Origin: Methanobacteriaceae archaeon | GTDB lineage: Archaea; Methanobacteriota; Methanobacteria; Methanobacteriales; Methanobacteriaceae | Reading direction: 5' to 3' | Assembly (NCBI GenBank): GCA_017883605.1 | Contig: JADGNH010000001.1 | Coordinates: forward strand, 1-56,691 | DNA: 56,691 nt | The notes under the pieces: generated by a model | Database searches by the model: none | What the model was told of the DNA's origin: nothing | Seen by the model: only the letters and a program-made list of their open reading frames with translations | Part shown: positions 1-10,433 of the stretch, piece after piece | How the letters are laid out: every line of letters begins with the position of its first letter | Numbering within the stretch: position 1 is the stretch's first letter | Made by a program: the position numbers and the translations under genes

Positions 1-630
1 TATCTTTCTGGATAAACAAACCAGTTCACACGTTCCACAGCGTGTACACTTTGAATTGGCGTAAAACTCAATATTGTAGAATTTATTAAGAATAGGAAGA
101 AGTGGTGATAGCAGTGAAAATGCCGGCATGGGAGCGGTAAAGTTAGTGTCTATTTCCCGGCTTTTTTCTTTATTTATAACAATTTTTTGGATGGAATCCA
201 GTTTATTTTGAACCTCAGATTCCAGATCTGCTATTTCTTCAGCTGTGGCCGGATGCCAATCCTCAAACTTCGGATCGTTACTGGCCATATTCAAAGTAAA
301 ATATGAATCCAAACCTTTATCACTGCTCTTCAATATCTTTTCCACATCAATAAATGCCCTATGCTGGCTGCCTGCTCGTGTTGCCAGTGCAAAAATATAT
401 TCAGCTGATTTTAAGTCTAATTTCTTAAGAAATTTTCTTACCGGAGCGGGGGCCATTGCCAGGTGGATGGGAAAAACGAAACCCACTGTTTTTGCCCTAG
501 TTTCTATCACATCTTTGTCTAAGAAGCTTACCATTGGTATTAGATTAGTTTCTGGAATCCGTTTTTGTAATTCTTTGGCCACGTACAACGAATTCCCGGT
601 GCCTGAAAGATAATAGATTTCTGTACTCAT
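1..630 (-). CDS. EFR1-family ferrodoxin (flavodoxin-like plus 4Fe-4S), runs off the left edge
   Basis: Read manually, not in the ORF track. ATG at 630 gives MSTEIYYLSGTGNSLYVAKEL...VGFVFPIH...CTRCGTCELVC, open to position 1. Confidence 0.85.
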   Translation of the reverse strand, partial: MSTEIYYLSGTGNSLYVAKELQKRIPETNLIPMVSFLDKDVIETRAKTVGFVFPIHLAMAPAPVRKFLKKLDLKSAEYIFALATRAGSQHRAFIDVEKILKSSDKGLDSYFTLNMASNDPKFEDWHPATAEEIADLESEVQNKLDSIQKIVINKEKSREIDTNFTAPMPAFSLLSPLLPILNKFYNIEFYANSKCTRCGTCELVCLSRKI

Positions 631-673
631 AATAAAATTCCTTTATTCAATTAGTTTATGACGGAAATGAAAA

Positions 674-1138
674 TCAAAACAGTTTGCTAAATTTTTCAAC
701 CAAATTTGCAGTCTTTTTTTCGGTTTTCCCCCTCCAAACCACGATATCTGTTCCAATGACGGTTCCTCCTTTAGATTCGCATAGTTTTTTCATCTGGGAG
801 ATTGCCTGGTTTCCGCCGGTCCTGTTAAATGGTAAGCCCTTGGTTACGTAACATGCAATCTTTTTATCTTGAAGTGATTGGATCTGCCCTAAATAGGCTT
901 TCATTGCAGGAGCAAGGGAAAATGCGTGTACTGGAGATCCAAAAACCAGTGCATCGTATGCACTGATGTCGGGTTGGGTTTCGAAAGTGATGTTTTTCGA
1001 TCCAGGATGAACTTCACCAGCAGGTATTACTCTATCGATTTCTGCCTCATGCCCATCAGCTACCAGCTTTTCTTTAAGCTTCGTGGCAACAGAAAACGTA
1101 TTTTCGGTTTGGGAATAAACTATAATTCCAATTTTCAT
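674..1138 (-). CDS. flavodoxin family protein
   Basis: IIVYSQTENT and FGSPVHA flavodoxin motifs; GGAGG RBS upstream. Confidence 0.85.
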   Translation of the reverse strand: MKIGIIVYSQTENTFSVATKLKEKLVADGHEAEIDRVIPAGEVHPGSKNITFETQPDISAYDALVFGSPVHAFSLAPAMKAYLGQIQSLQDKKIACYVTKGLPFNRTGGNQAISQMKKLCESKGGTVIGTDIVVWRGKTEKKTANLVEKFSKLF

Positions 1139-1665
1139 ATCAAATCCTCCTTTAATCCATTATCCGCCAGGATGACTATTTTTTCCCTCACTTTTGTTCA
1201 GTAATATCATTCTTGTAACTCTTGATGAAATATTTTTCTTTTTTTATATGAATTTATGAAAAGCGAAGATCAATCTGCTATTTTATAATGTAATTTTCAA
1301 ATTTTTTATAAGCAAGATAGACCGATGGTATATGCAATATCCATTAAAATGGCTGTCTATCACCAGGAGGAAAGAAAAATGGAATGGGAAAATTGAATGT
1401 TTTTTATGTGACTTCAGAACTTGAATCGGGAACACAACAACCTTTATTGCTTCTGCTTATTTCACCAACGCAACGAAGCTGAATTTAAAGAGTTATTGGA
1501 TAATTATTCATCCGAAAATGAGTCGGACCCTGGTCTCCGTGGTTTTATATCATACGTGACAAAAAATGGATATTATTGTACTGTCTTGAGTAAAGAGGTC
1601 TTAACTTCCTCAACAAATTTTTGATAGTCTAAAGGGTTAAAAAAAATTAAATAATAGGTTAAAAG

Positions 1666-2241
1666 TTAAATAATAATTATAAGCTCTTTAACCATAACAG
1701 TCCTTTTTGGATTATTATAGAACCCATTTTTAAGATAAAAACTTTCAGCAGGTATTTCTTTGTTGGTTAACAAGGTTAAACGAGTGTAGACTTCCCCAGC
1801 AAGGCTTTCTGCTACATAATCCAATAGCTTGGTTCCAATTCCATTTCCCTGTCTCTCATTTTCCACGTAGAATTCGTCAACAAAGAATTCTTTTCCCATC
1901 CACCAGGACCTCTTATGCCCAAAACAGACCGCGATGATATCTGAGTCCTCACAAGCGACAAACCCTTCAAAAACAGGATTTTCAATTAGTTCACTCAAAT
2001 AATCTCTGGCCTGATCAAAGGATATCCAGTCATCATACCAGGGATCCGCTCTAAACACTTTTCTGAATAATTCCACGCATTTATCCAGGTCCTCCAGGTC
2101 GAATCTCATGATATCCAGTTCTTCATCCCTATAAACCAATTCTGTTGCCTTTAATACCCTTGTATGGGGGAAAAAATGTGAAAAATGCTCTGAAATTTGG
2201 CCAGGTGAAAAATGCTCTTTAACCGATGATTTTATAGACAT
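1666..2241 (-). CDS. GNAT N-acetyltransferase
   Basis: EFYVENERQGNGIGTKLL and FYLKNGF motifs. Confidence 0.9.
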   Translation of the reverse strand: MSIKSSVKEHFSPGQISEHFSHFFPHTRVLKATELVYRDEELDIMRFDLEDLDKCVELFRKVFRADPWYDDWISFDQARDYLSELIENPVFEGFVACEDSDIIAVCFGHKRSWWMGKEFFVDEFYVENERQGNGIGTKLLDYVAESLAGEVYTRLTLLTNKEIPAESFYLKNGFYNNPKRTVMVKELIIII

Positions 2242-2263
2242 CTGAATCTCTCCTTTAAAAGTA

Positions 2264-2288
2264 TAACAGTTTAGTAGCTAAACTGTTA
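2264..2288. promoter_or_regulatory. perfect 11-bp inverted repeat, probable MarR operator
   Basis: TAACAGTTTAG-TAG-CTAAACTGTTA between the MarR stop and the GNAT RBS. Confidence 0.6.
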
Positions 2289-2298
2289 ATTAAAATAA

Positions 2299-2778
2299 TT
2301 ATTCCATTTCCCTTAAAAAGGTGTCGATAAAATCTTCCATCTTGCCCAGGATCTGAAGAAAAGAATCTATCTTTTCTGGTGTAAAAGTCTCTAAATAATC
2401 AATGAACTCCGTTTCCATCCTTTTATGCCATTCATCCTGAAGTTCAAATGCTGTCCATCCCTTTTCTGTGAGGGATATAATTATTTCCTTTCCGTATTTT
2501 TCATTCCGTTCCTTATTGATGAAACCTTTCTCATAAAGCTTATTTACCACCTGTGAGACTGCACCTTTGGTAATGCCAAACTTTTCACTCAATACCGTGA
2601 CTTTATTCCCGTAACCATTTCCAACAGCCTCTATAACATGAAGTTCAGAAGGATAAAGCTTTTCTCCCTCTCCAATATCAATGCTCACCTTCTCCAACTC
2701 GTGGAACTTTTTAGTAATCCTCAAAAAAAGAACCATTATTTTGAATAAAGCTTCAGAGGCAATTTCATTATTTTTCAT
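2299..2778 (-). CDS. MarR family transcriptional regulator
   Basis: LSEKFGITKGAVSQVVNKLYEKGFI wHTH; SLTEKG. Confidence 0.9.
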   Translation of the reverse strand: MKNNEIASEALFKIMVLFLRITKKFHELEKVSIDIGEGEKLYPSELHVIEAVGNGYGNKVTVLSEKFGITKGAVSQVVNKLYEKGFINKERNEKYGKEIIISLTEKGWTAFELQDEWHKRMETEFIDYLETFTPEKIDSFLQILGKMEDFIDTFLREME

Positions 2779-2948
2779 TCTATTTCACTCTTATCCTATT
2801 ATTAGAAAGGTCTTATCTCCTCTATATAGGTCATTTTATCAACTTATAGGTCATTTAACTAATTTATAAGACATTTTATTAACTCATAAGTCCTCTATTA
2901 TTAAAATCATTCTATAAATCACTTAAATTATTTTCTATAATCGCCAAG

Positions 2949-3740
2949 CTAAAAGCTTAATGGTTCAACACCATCCGGCAGGGTTTTATCATTAATCCAA
3001 CTCCTTAAGACGCTGTTAAAAAGTTCTGGTGACTCTATATTCCATAAATGGCCCACTTTCAAGGCCGTGTAAGCTTTTGAATTTGGGAGAACGTTGGTTA
3101 GATCCCTGGCAGATTCCTTTATGATTTGGTAGTCTTTTTCCCCGGCCATTACCAGCACCGGTGCCTCGGCCTTCTCCAGGCCAGCAGGCAGTTTAAACAG
3201 CATATTTTCTTTGAGGATCCTGTTCAGTGAATTTGGTCTGATTAGACGTGTGGATTCCTTGAACTCATTAAAAAGGCTTTTTGGCATGTTATACATTCGC
3301 ATGTTGGCCTTTATAAAAAAATCAGTGTCTTTCACCGGTTCATAAGCCTTAATCAAATAATCAAGGAGCTTTAAAAATGTTTCGGTATGGGGAATGGTGT
3401 GCACCAGGGTTCCGCTGATTAAAGCGTGATCCACCACTTCCGGAGCTGTGCTTAAAATCTGGACAATGATCTGGGCTCCCAGGGATATTCCCACAAGATG
3501 CGCCTTTCCGCCGTGCGCCTGACTTCGGATAATATCAACTATCATTTCTGCGGCGCCCTGTATGGTGAAGGGTTTTATCTCTATGCTTTTTCCGTGCTCT
3601 GGAAGGTCAGGGACAATGCAATGGTAATCTTTGAATGCTTCTAGTTGTTTGTCCCACATCCAACCGGCTATTCCACCGCCGTGGAGAAATATTATGGTTT
3701 TATCGTTGTTTTGACCGGTTTGTTTTAGGTAGAGATTCAT
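2949..3740 (-). CDS. alpha/beta hydrolase
   Basis: FLHGGG, PDLPEHG, GISLG nucleophile elbow, catalytic GH; start placed at MNLYLK. Confidence 0.9.
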   Translation of the reverse strand: MNLYLKQTGQNNDKTIIFLHGGGIAGWMWDKQLEAFKDYHCIVPDLPEHGKSIEIKPFTIQGAAEMIVDIIRSQAHGGKAHLVGISLGAQIIVQILSTAPEVVDHALISGTLVHTIPHTETFLKLLDYLIKAYEPVKDTDFFIKANMRMYNMPKSLFNEFKESTRLIRPNSLNRILKENMLFKLPAGLEKAEAPVLVMAGEKDYQIIKESARDLTNVLPNSKAYTALKVGHLWNIESPELFNSVLRSWINDKTLPDGVEPLSF

Positions 3741-3885
3741 GATATTGGCTCTTATTGGTATAGTAATATACAATTAATTTTAATATTATCCTCGTCGAAC
3801 ACAAAATCTTTTATATAGAATATCATATAACTTAATTATCACTTCGATAGTTATCAAATTATAAAATAAATAGGACTATACAAAA

Positions 3886-4188
3886 ATGGATTCAAAAAAA
3901 ATGGTCAAGGTGTTTAAAGCCCTTTCAAACCAGAACAGGTTAGAGTTATACCTTAAAATAGCTGAAAAGCATGAAACAAGTTACAAAACATATGAGGGCT
4001 GTTTTATAAACGATATTGCTAAATCACTGAATATCGGTGCCCCTACTGTTTCACATCACCTGAAAGAATTGTCCAACGCTGAATTAATCTTCACCGAAAG
4101 AAAAGGCAAATATTTAGTGGCAAGGGTTAATGAAGAGATGGTTAAGGAAGTTAATGAACTTTTAAAGCTGCAGCACGGTAAATCTTAA
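3886..4188 (+). CDS. ArsR/SmtB family regulator
   Basis: VFKALSNQNRL and PTVSHHLKEL motifs. Confidence 0.9.
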   Translation: MDSKKMVKVFKALSNQNRLELYLKIAEKHETSYKTYEGCFINDIAKSLNIGAPTVSHHLKELSNAELIFTERKGKYLVARVNEEMVKEVNELLKLQHGKS

Positions 4189-4268
4189 TTTTTTATCATT
4201 ACAGTTCGAAAGTATTATCAAATTAAAAAACTTTAAATTATCATTTAAGAGAATGAGGTGATTAAAAA

Positions 4269-4721
4269 ATGAAAACAGCAATAATTTACAAATCCGTACA
4301 CCATGGAAACACGAAAAAAATCGCTAAAGTAATGGCAGATGTTTTAGAAGCAGAATTATTGGATCTTAAGGATGCTAATAGTGATATAATTAGAGAATAC
4401 GACTTAATTGGCTTTGGCTCCGGAATATATTTTTATAAACCCCATAAAAAGTTGAGAAGGTTTATTGAAGGTTTGGATAAGGTGGAAAACAAAAAAGCCT
4501 TTGTATTTTCAACCAGTGGCGCAGGAAAACCTGAATTTAACAAATGGTTAAAGGAAAAATTAGCTGATAAAGGTTTTGAAATCATGGGAGAGTTTCACTG
4601 CAAAGGATTCGATACTTATGGCCTTACTAAACTTATTGGCGGCATAAATAAAGGAAGACCTAATGAAGAAGACCTTAAAAATGCAGAAAATTTTGCAAAT
4701 GGTTTAAAGGAAAAAATATAA
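4269..4721 (+). CDS. flavodoxin family protein
   Basis: IIYKSVHHGNTKKIA, GFGSGIY, KGRPNEEDL; GAGGTG RBS. Confidence 0.9.
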   Translation: MKTAIIYKSVHHGNTKKIAKVMADVLEAELLDLKDANSDIIREYDLIGFGSGIYFYKPHKKLRRFIEGLDKVENKKAFVFSTSGAGKPEFNKWLKEKLADKGFEIMGEFHCKGFDTYGLTKLIGGINKGRPNEEDLKNAENFANGLKEKI

Positions 4722-4776
4722 TTTTTGAACTAAGAAAAAGAGAAAAATATAATTTTAACTTAAAAAAGGTGAAAAA

Positions 4777-5532
4777 ATGGAAAAAACAGATCTTTACCCC
4801 ACAATATTCCGGCGAAAGTCAGTTAGAAGGTATGATTTAACTCCCCTGGATGAAAGTACCCTGGCAGAGATTTCAGAGTATATGGACAATTTAAAACCCA
4901 TGTACAGCGATATTAAAACGGAATTGAAGATTATCGGCCCGGATGATGTTAAAAGAAGGATGATGAGAAAGGCACCACACTATATAGCCGTATTTTCCGA
5001 AGCCAGAGAAGGCCATTTAACCAATGTGGGATTTATGGTGCAGCAGATGGACCTGTTCTTATCAGCCAACAACATAGGAAGCTGCTGGCAGGGGATCCCC
5101 CAGCCGACTAAAGAAGTATTAAAAAGTTCGGACCTCGAATTCATAATTTTAATGCCCTTCGGTAGGCCCGCAGAACCACTGCACCGAGATAGTGTCTCTG
5201 AATTTAAGAGGAAACATCTCCAAAAGATAAGTGACGTTGCCGGTGCAGAGGATTTAATGGAAGCGGCCCGTATGGCCCCATCCGCAGGCAATGGCCAGCC
5301 CTGGTTCTTCACCGGTGATGAAAGCATAATACACGCTTATTCTGTTAAACCAAGCTTCATAAGGGGATTGCTGGTTAAAAAGTACATCCCTATAGATGTG
5401 GGTATCGCCATTTACCATCTAAAGCTGGCAGCAGAACATTTCGGTAAGAAGGCTGAAATTGTGTTTAATAAACCAGCAGAGAATCCTCCCAAGGGATATG
5501 AGTATGTGGCCAGTTTGAGGCTAAACAGGTGA
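4777..5532 (+). CDS. nitroreductase family protein (two-domain)
   Basis: RRKSVRRY, GSCWQG, APSAGNGQPW. Confidence 0.9.
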   Translation: MEKTDLYPTIFRRKSVRRYDLTPLDESTLAEISEYMDNLKPMYSDIKTELKIIGPDDVKRRMMRKAPHYIAVFSEAREGHLTNVGFMVQQMDLFLSANNIGSCWQGIPQPTKEVLKSSDLEFIILMPFGRPAEPLHRDSVSEFKRKHLQKISDVAGAEDLMEAARMAPSAGNGQPWFFTGDESIIHAYSVKPSFIRGLLVKKYIPIDVGIAIYHLKLAAEHFGKKAEIVFNKPAENPPKGYEYVASLRLNR

Positions 5533-5837
5533 ACAGATAAACAAGTAGGAAAACAAATAACTGTTTAAAATTATTTAACTTAATTTTTTAATTGTTCCAT
5601 TCTACAATATGTTCCCTTTTTTAATTTTCCTTTATTTTATAAATTGTTTCCCTTCACTTTCCTTTATAAATTGTTTCCCTCAGTTTTTTGCCTTATTAAG
5701 TTCCAGAATTTATGGGTCTTCATGTCCCGGGTTGAAGTTGGTTTTCATATAAAGTTTGAAGTTGGTTTTCGCAAATTTCAAAAACTTTATATAATAGTTA
5801 GTTAGATAAAACTATATATTTAGTGAAGGTGAACCAC

Positions 5838-6263
5838 ATGAATCAGGAGCTTGAACTGGTAGAAGCAATTGATAAATTAAGCGGATTGACCCAAACATTC
5901 CAAACACAGCTTCTTAGTGGAGATTTAAAGGAATATACCCTAAGACAACTCTATTATATTGAATTAATTAATAAACACCAGGTTATAGGCGTTTCTGAAA
6001 TAGCAAAGATGCTGGATGTCCAAAAATCAACCGTTTCCATAGCTATTAACCAGCTGATAGACCGGGGAATTATAACTAAGGTCCAGTCAAACACCGATAA
6101 ACGCTTTTATTTCCTTGAACTGACACCAAAAGGCAAAGATATAATGAAAACGCATATGAAGGTCCATAGAGATGCGATTAAACAAATTTTAAAGATTTTA
6201 GATAAAGAAGAAGTTGATATTTTCATTAAAATTGTAAATAAAATTACGGCGTCAAAATTATAA
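5838..6263 (+). CDS. MarR family transcriptional regulator
   Basis: KSTVSIAINQLIDRG, DKR, LTPKG; AAGGTG RBS before ATG 5838. Confidence 0.9.
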   Translation: MNQELELVEAIDKLSGLTQTFQTQLLSGDLKEYTLRQLYYIELINKHQVIGVSEIAKMLDVQKSTVSIAINQLIDRGIITKVQSNTDKRFYFLELTPKGKDIMKTHMKVHRDAIKQILKILDKEEVDIFIKIVNKITASKL

Positions 6264-6735
6264 ATCTTCAGGAGAAATTTTCTTACATAGCATGATTGGC
6301 ACAGGAAACCAAAATAGGCAGGCAATAAAAACTAAAAATAGTATCTAATTTTTTTTATAAGTATAATTACCCATAATTATATTGCTAAGTAAACATATAA
6401 TATAAGTACAAAATAAAGTTTGATTATTTTTACATATCTATTTATATCTAAATTTTCGTAAATTAACTAAAAATCGTAAAATAAATATTTGTTTAGTAAA
6501 ATAAATTTCTTTAATACTTAATTTCCAGGGTTATGAACCTATAATTCAAATTTAATACAGTATTTAAAATAAATTGAATACGTAGATATATTTTTATATT
6601 TGAATGAATTCATTACTTTAATTGCCCTAAAAACTTCAAAAATTAGATGTTTGACGATAATTCGGATGGGATAAATCTTTAACGGTCCCATTATCTAAGA
6701 TTAAAATAATGTAGAATAATAGAGGAGAGGCCGAT

Positions 6736-7248
6736 ATGCTAAGTGATCCAATAGTTCAGGAAATTTTAATGGATGTAACCGATGATGAAGAAAGCAGTGT
6801 TTCTATCATTGAATGTATATTGAAAGGTAAAACAATTGACTTAGAAATTGCAGAAGAAACCGAAATAAAGTTAAACACCGTAAGAAAAGTTTTATATAAA
6901 CTATACGATGTAGGGATAGCTACTTACAAGAAAAGCAATGATCCAGAAACCAACAGGTACATTTACAGCTGGAATTTTGAACAAGAGAAGGTATCCGAAA
7001 TAATAAACAAAAAATATGAAAAGTTCTCAGAAGAAATTGAGAAATCCATTAAGTACGAAGAAGAAAACATGTTCTTCGCCTGCAAGGCCAATGGCCACCG
7101 ATACAAATTTGAAAACGCATCTGAAAACAACTTCGCATGTCCCCAATGTGGTGGGTCACTTGAATATCAGGACAACTCGACCATAATAATGGAACTATTA
7201 AAGGAGAAGGCCGCCTGTATATCTAAGGGAAAAATTAAAGAGATATAA
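6736..7248 (+). CDS. tfe: transcription factor E (TFE/TFIIE-alpha homolog)
   Basis: [20 protein letters not shown] wHTH, YIYSW, zinc ribbon C-x4-H...FACPQCG. Confidence 0.9.
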   Translation: MLSDPIVQEILMDVTDDEESSVSIIECILKGKTIDLEIAEETEIKLNTVRKVLYKLYDVGIATYKKSNDPETNRYIYSWNFEQEKVSEIINKKYEKFSEEIEKSIKYEEENMFFACKANGHRYKFENASENNFACPQCGGSLEYQDNSTIIMELLKEKAACISKGKIKEI

Positions 7249-7627
7249 TTAGTTATTTATTAATGAAATTAATTTTTAACAAATGATCTTAATTTTAAGG
7301 GCTAGTAGCAGGTAAATATTGAAAATAAACATTTTTTGTTTTTCCTAAAGAAATTTTTGATTTAAAGTAAGGGATAATCATTTGAATACACAATGTAGAA
7401 CACTCCACAAAAGTGTAGAACACTCAACGAAGGACCCTTATAATGAAGCGAATAGATAAAAAGGGAACTTAAAAACGGCTTTTCGTTATAATTGTAAATA
7501 CTTAGATGAAAGGATGATATTAAAGAAATCATTCCCCCAGTATAAACGCAGCCTGCAAAGGAGTTACAAATATAAGTATTCTCTCAGGTGACGATCACCA
7601 AAGAAGGTTTCCCAGGGAAGTGATAAA

Positions 7628-7783
7628 ATGAGCGATTTAATCCATGCTGTAGATAAAGGAACGATGATTGATACTAAAACAGCCAAAAAATTTATTAAAT
7701 GTGTCAAATGTGGATTTATGGTCTTAAAATCAGAGATATATGATAAGTACGATGACGGGATCCTTGAGTTACCTGTTAAATAA
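7628..7783 (+). CDS. 51-aa hypothetical protein with CxxC
   Basis: Manual: MSDLIHAVDKGTMIDTKTAKKFIKCVKCGFMVLKSEIYDKYDDGILELPVK; GGAAGTGA upstream. Confidence 0.5.
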   Translation: MSDLIHAVDKGTMIDTKTAKKFIKCVKCGFMVLKSEIYDKYDDGILELPVK

Positions 7784-7900
7784 TAATTTTAATTCATGTT
7801 TCATGTATCAAATTAAATTTTAAACTTCAAAAAATTTAATATTCACATTCTATTGAATCAGCAAAGGCGTGCCGTTGCTAAAGAAGGAATTTAAAATGAT

Positions 7901-8509
7901 TTAAACAAAATGTTCCATATTATAAGTTCCTTGACCTTTAAAGATCAATTTAGGATTCTTCTTCCCATAAACCTTAAACCCAAACTTCTCGTACAACTTC
8001 AAAGCCCCTTCATTCCCTAATGTCACATCCAGAATTACCCTTCTGCATCCTTTATCTTCTGCAAGCTTAAAGGCATTCTCCAGGATGTAAGTCCCAATTC
8101 CCTGCCCCCTGTACAGAGGATCAACGGCAATATTGCTTAAATAGTAATCATCAGGGCCCACTTCAGAGGTAAGTAATTCATTTATGGCAATTCCCTTTAC
8201 CATAAGTTCCAAAAATTCAATAAAATTCAATATTTTAAAAAAAGCTTTAAAGTCTGCCCATAAGTTTGTTTCTCTCCCGCAAAATGAAAGCAGAATAGCC
8301 AGTACATTTCCATTCTCATCACTAACTACATGAATATTTTCATGGCCAAATAAGTTATTTTCAGACTTTACAAGCTTCTCTATGTTCTCCAGCGCTTTAT
8401 TTTTATCCTCACCCAGCAATGGTTTGAATACGTCCAATTCTGTTTCATAGATTAATTCAGACACTTTATTCAGGTCATTTTTATTAATATCCAGCTTTTC
8501 AAAGATCAT
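7901..8509 (-). CDS. GNAT N-acetyltransferase
   Basis: IAVDPLYRGQGIG and ALKLYEKFGF; start placed at MIFEK. Confidence 0.9.
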   Translation of the reverse strand: MIFEKLDINKNDLNKVSELIYETELDVFKPLLGEDKNKALENIEKLVKSENNLFGHENIHVVSDENGNVLAILLSFCGRETNLWADFKAFFKILNFIEFLELMVKGIAINELLTSEVGPDDYYLSNIAVDPLYRGQGIGTYILENAFKLAEDKGCRRVILDVTLGNEGALKLYEKFGFKVYGKKNPKLIFKGQGTYNMEHFV

Positions 8510-8698
8510 TTTAAAATATAAACTCCGTGATTTATTTTGTTTTTTTTTATAATTCCAACTATATTTCATTAAATATGTTTATATAATTAAAAAAAAATTG
8601 ATACTGCCTAAATTCTGCTTTGAATAATTCATTACGCCTTTAAATTATTATTGATGATTTATATTATACCAAGTAAAAAATTTAAAATTATATGACCC

Positions 8699-9259
8699 CT
8701 ATTTAAGAACAAGAACCATGAAGACATCCTCCCCCGGACCGTAATCACCCTCTACACATTCTTCAATGTATTTTTCCTGGCAATATTCAGTAGGATTTAA
8801 CTCTTCTTCAACAAAACCTGCCTTTTTATAAGATTTGATGGCTCTTCTATTGTACTTTGAAGGGCGAATTATCACCTTTTCATAGCCAAGATCTTTTACC
8901 ATCGAGACAAGCTTTATGATGGCCTGTGTACCATAGCCATGGCCAGCATAGCTTAGCTCCTTTAACCAAATGTCAAACTCAATTATTTTACCCAAAAGAT
9001 GTGAAGAGCTGTAGAAAATGATTCCTATATCTTCTTCTCTTCCTTCTTCCCTTAGAAAAATTACAAAACAGCGCCCTTTTTCCGGGCGCGAACCATCAAA
9101 GTAGTAATCCTCATAATCTGCTTTAAACTCTTCAAAAGAAGGAATCGTCTCTTTAGTGTAGCCTTCCAGTTTGTAGATAGAAGGGGAAAAATCCGAAAAA
9201 TACAGCCAATCATAAGCTTTCCTTCGATCCTCCAGTTTAGCTCCTCTGATTTCTATCAT
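8699..9259 (-). CDS. GNAT (RimJ/AAC(6')-like) acetyltransferase
   Basis: GHGYGT and NRRAIKSYKKAGF. Confidence 0.85.
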   Translation of the reverse strand: MIEIRGAKLEDRRKAYDWLYFSDFSPSIYKLEGYTKETIPSFEEFKADYEDYYFDGSRPEKGRCFVIFLREEGREEDIGIIFYSSSHLLGKIIEFDIWLKELSYAGHGYGTQAIIKLVSMVKDLGYEKVIIRPSKYNRRAIKSYKKAGFVEEELNPTEYCQEKYIEECVEGDYGPGEDVFMVLVLK

Positions 9260-9356
9260 TTTATCTCTTATCTTTATCCTTTTTTTTTACTTAGATCTTA
9301 TCCATATTTTTATCCTGTTTTTTTACTTAGATCTTTATCAATATTTTCCATTCTTT

Positions 9357-10122
9357 CTAAATATCTTTAAAACTCGCTATTACCAGCATTTCAAAGTCAT
9401 CGGCTGTAAGATGGTGGTTTCTACTAAATTCTCCCAGTTTACAGCCGTGAATATCAATTTTGCTGAATTCTAGAGTTTTAAGTAGCCAGGTAATCTCTGA
9501 GGGGACGTAGTATCGTTCATTACATTCAATCACCTTTTCCTGGCCCTTATCATCAACCACTTCCAGTTGGGATGTTTCCCGGAAGGTCATGAGGTCAAAA
9601 CTGTTGCCCTCGCTGATGCACTCCACCATACTGGAATTTATAAAATCCTTTACCGAGTGATAAAGTGGGTATAATCCATTTAAAGTGGTGAATATCAATT
9701 TACCTTCCTTTTTAAGGGTTTTAGCAGTACTTTGGAGGATCTGGAAGTTCATATCGTCGTTTTCCATCAGTGGAAAGGCACCTTCACAGATCATTATCAC
9801 CAGGTCGAACTGATTTTCAAAGGGGAGTTTACGGGCATCTGCTACTTTGAAATCCACATTAACTCCTGAATCTACGGCTTTTTCCCTGGCTTTTTTCAGC
9901 ATCGATTCAGAAAGGTCGATTCCCGTTACTGAGTAGCCTCTACTGGCAAGTTCAATGGCATGGCGACCGGTACCGCAGCCAACATCCAGAATACTGCAGT
10001 TTTTATGGTAGTTTATCTCTTTTTCCAGAAAATCAACTTCTCCCACCGTTCCCCTGATGAATTCTTCGTTATCGTACTTATCTGCATAATTTGAGAAAAG
10101 TTCCTCGTACCATTTTTTTCAT
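9357..10122 (-). pseudogene. class I SAM methyltransferase with a frameshift in a 5' A7 run (or sequencing error)
   Basis: ILDVGCGTGRH motif. The frame extends upstream as WYEELFSNYADKYD, but ATG 10122 is followed by seven A and is out of frame by one base. Confidence 0.7.
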
Positions 10123-10433
10123 CTTCGCCCTCTTTTTTGAAATTTATATTTAAAGGGATAAAAATCCGTTTTTAGAATCTATCCGTTTTTTCGAACCTAT
10201 TCAATCCATTTTTTCCATTATTTATTCATTTCCCTTTATTTAAAATCAGTTCCCTCCTTTATTTATTCCTTTTTCCTCCCATATTATTTTTCCATTGATC
10301 TTTAAAATCAACCTAAAATTAATTTAATAAAAACTTTAAACTGAAAATTTACACTGAAAAATTTCATGATCATATGGAACAAATCTATGATTTAACAAAT
10401 TATATACCACGTCTTTTATAAAATAAGACCATT

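Noticed and set aside
1330..1624. Short ORFs including the 67-aa ORF at 1421
   Set aside because: No clear RBS or motif; possibly a decayed gene, but unsupported.
7545..7615. AAGGAG...CTCTCAGG resembling a glycine riboswitch core
   Set aside because: Lacks the GGAGA and CCGAAG elements and the supporting helices; no glycine-related gene downstream.
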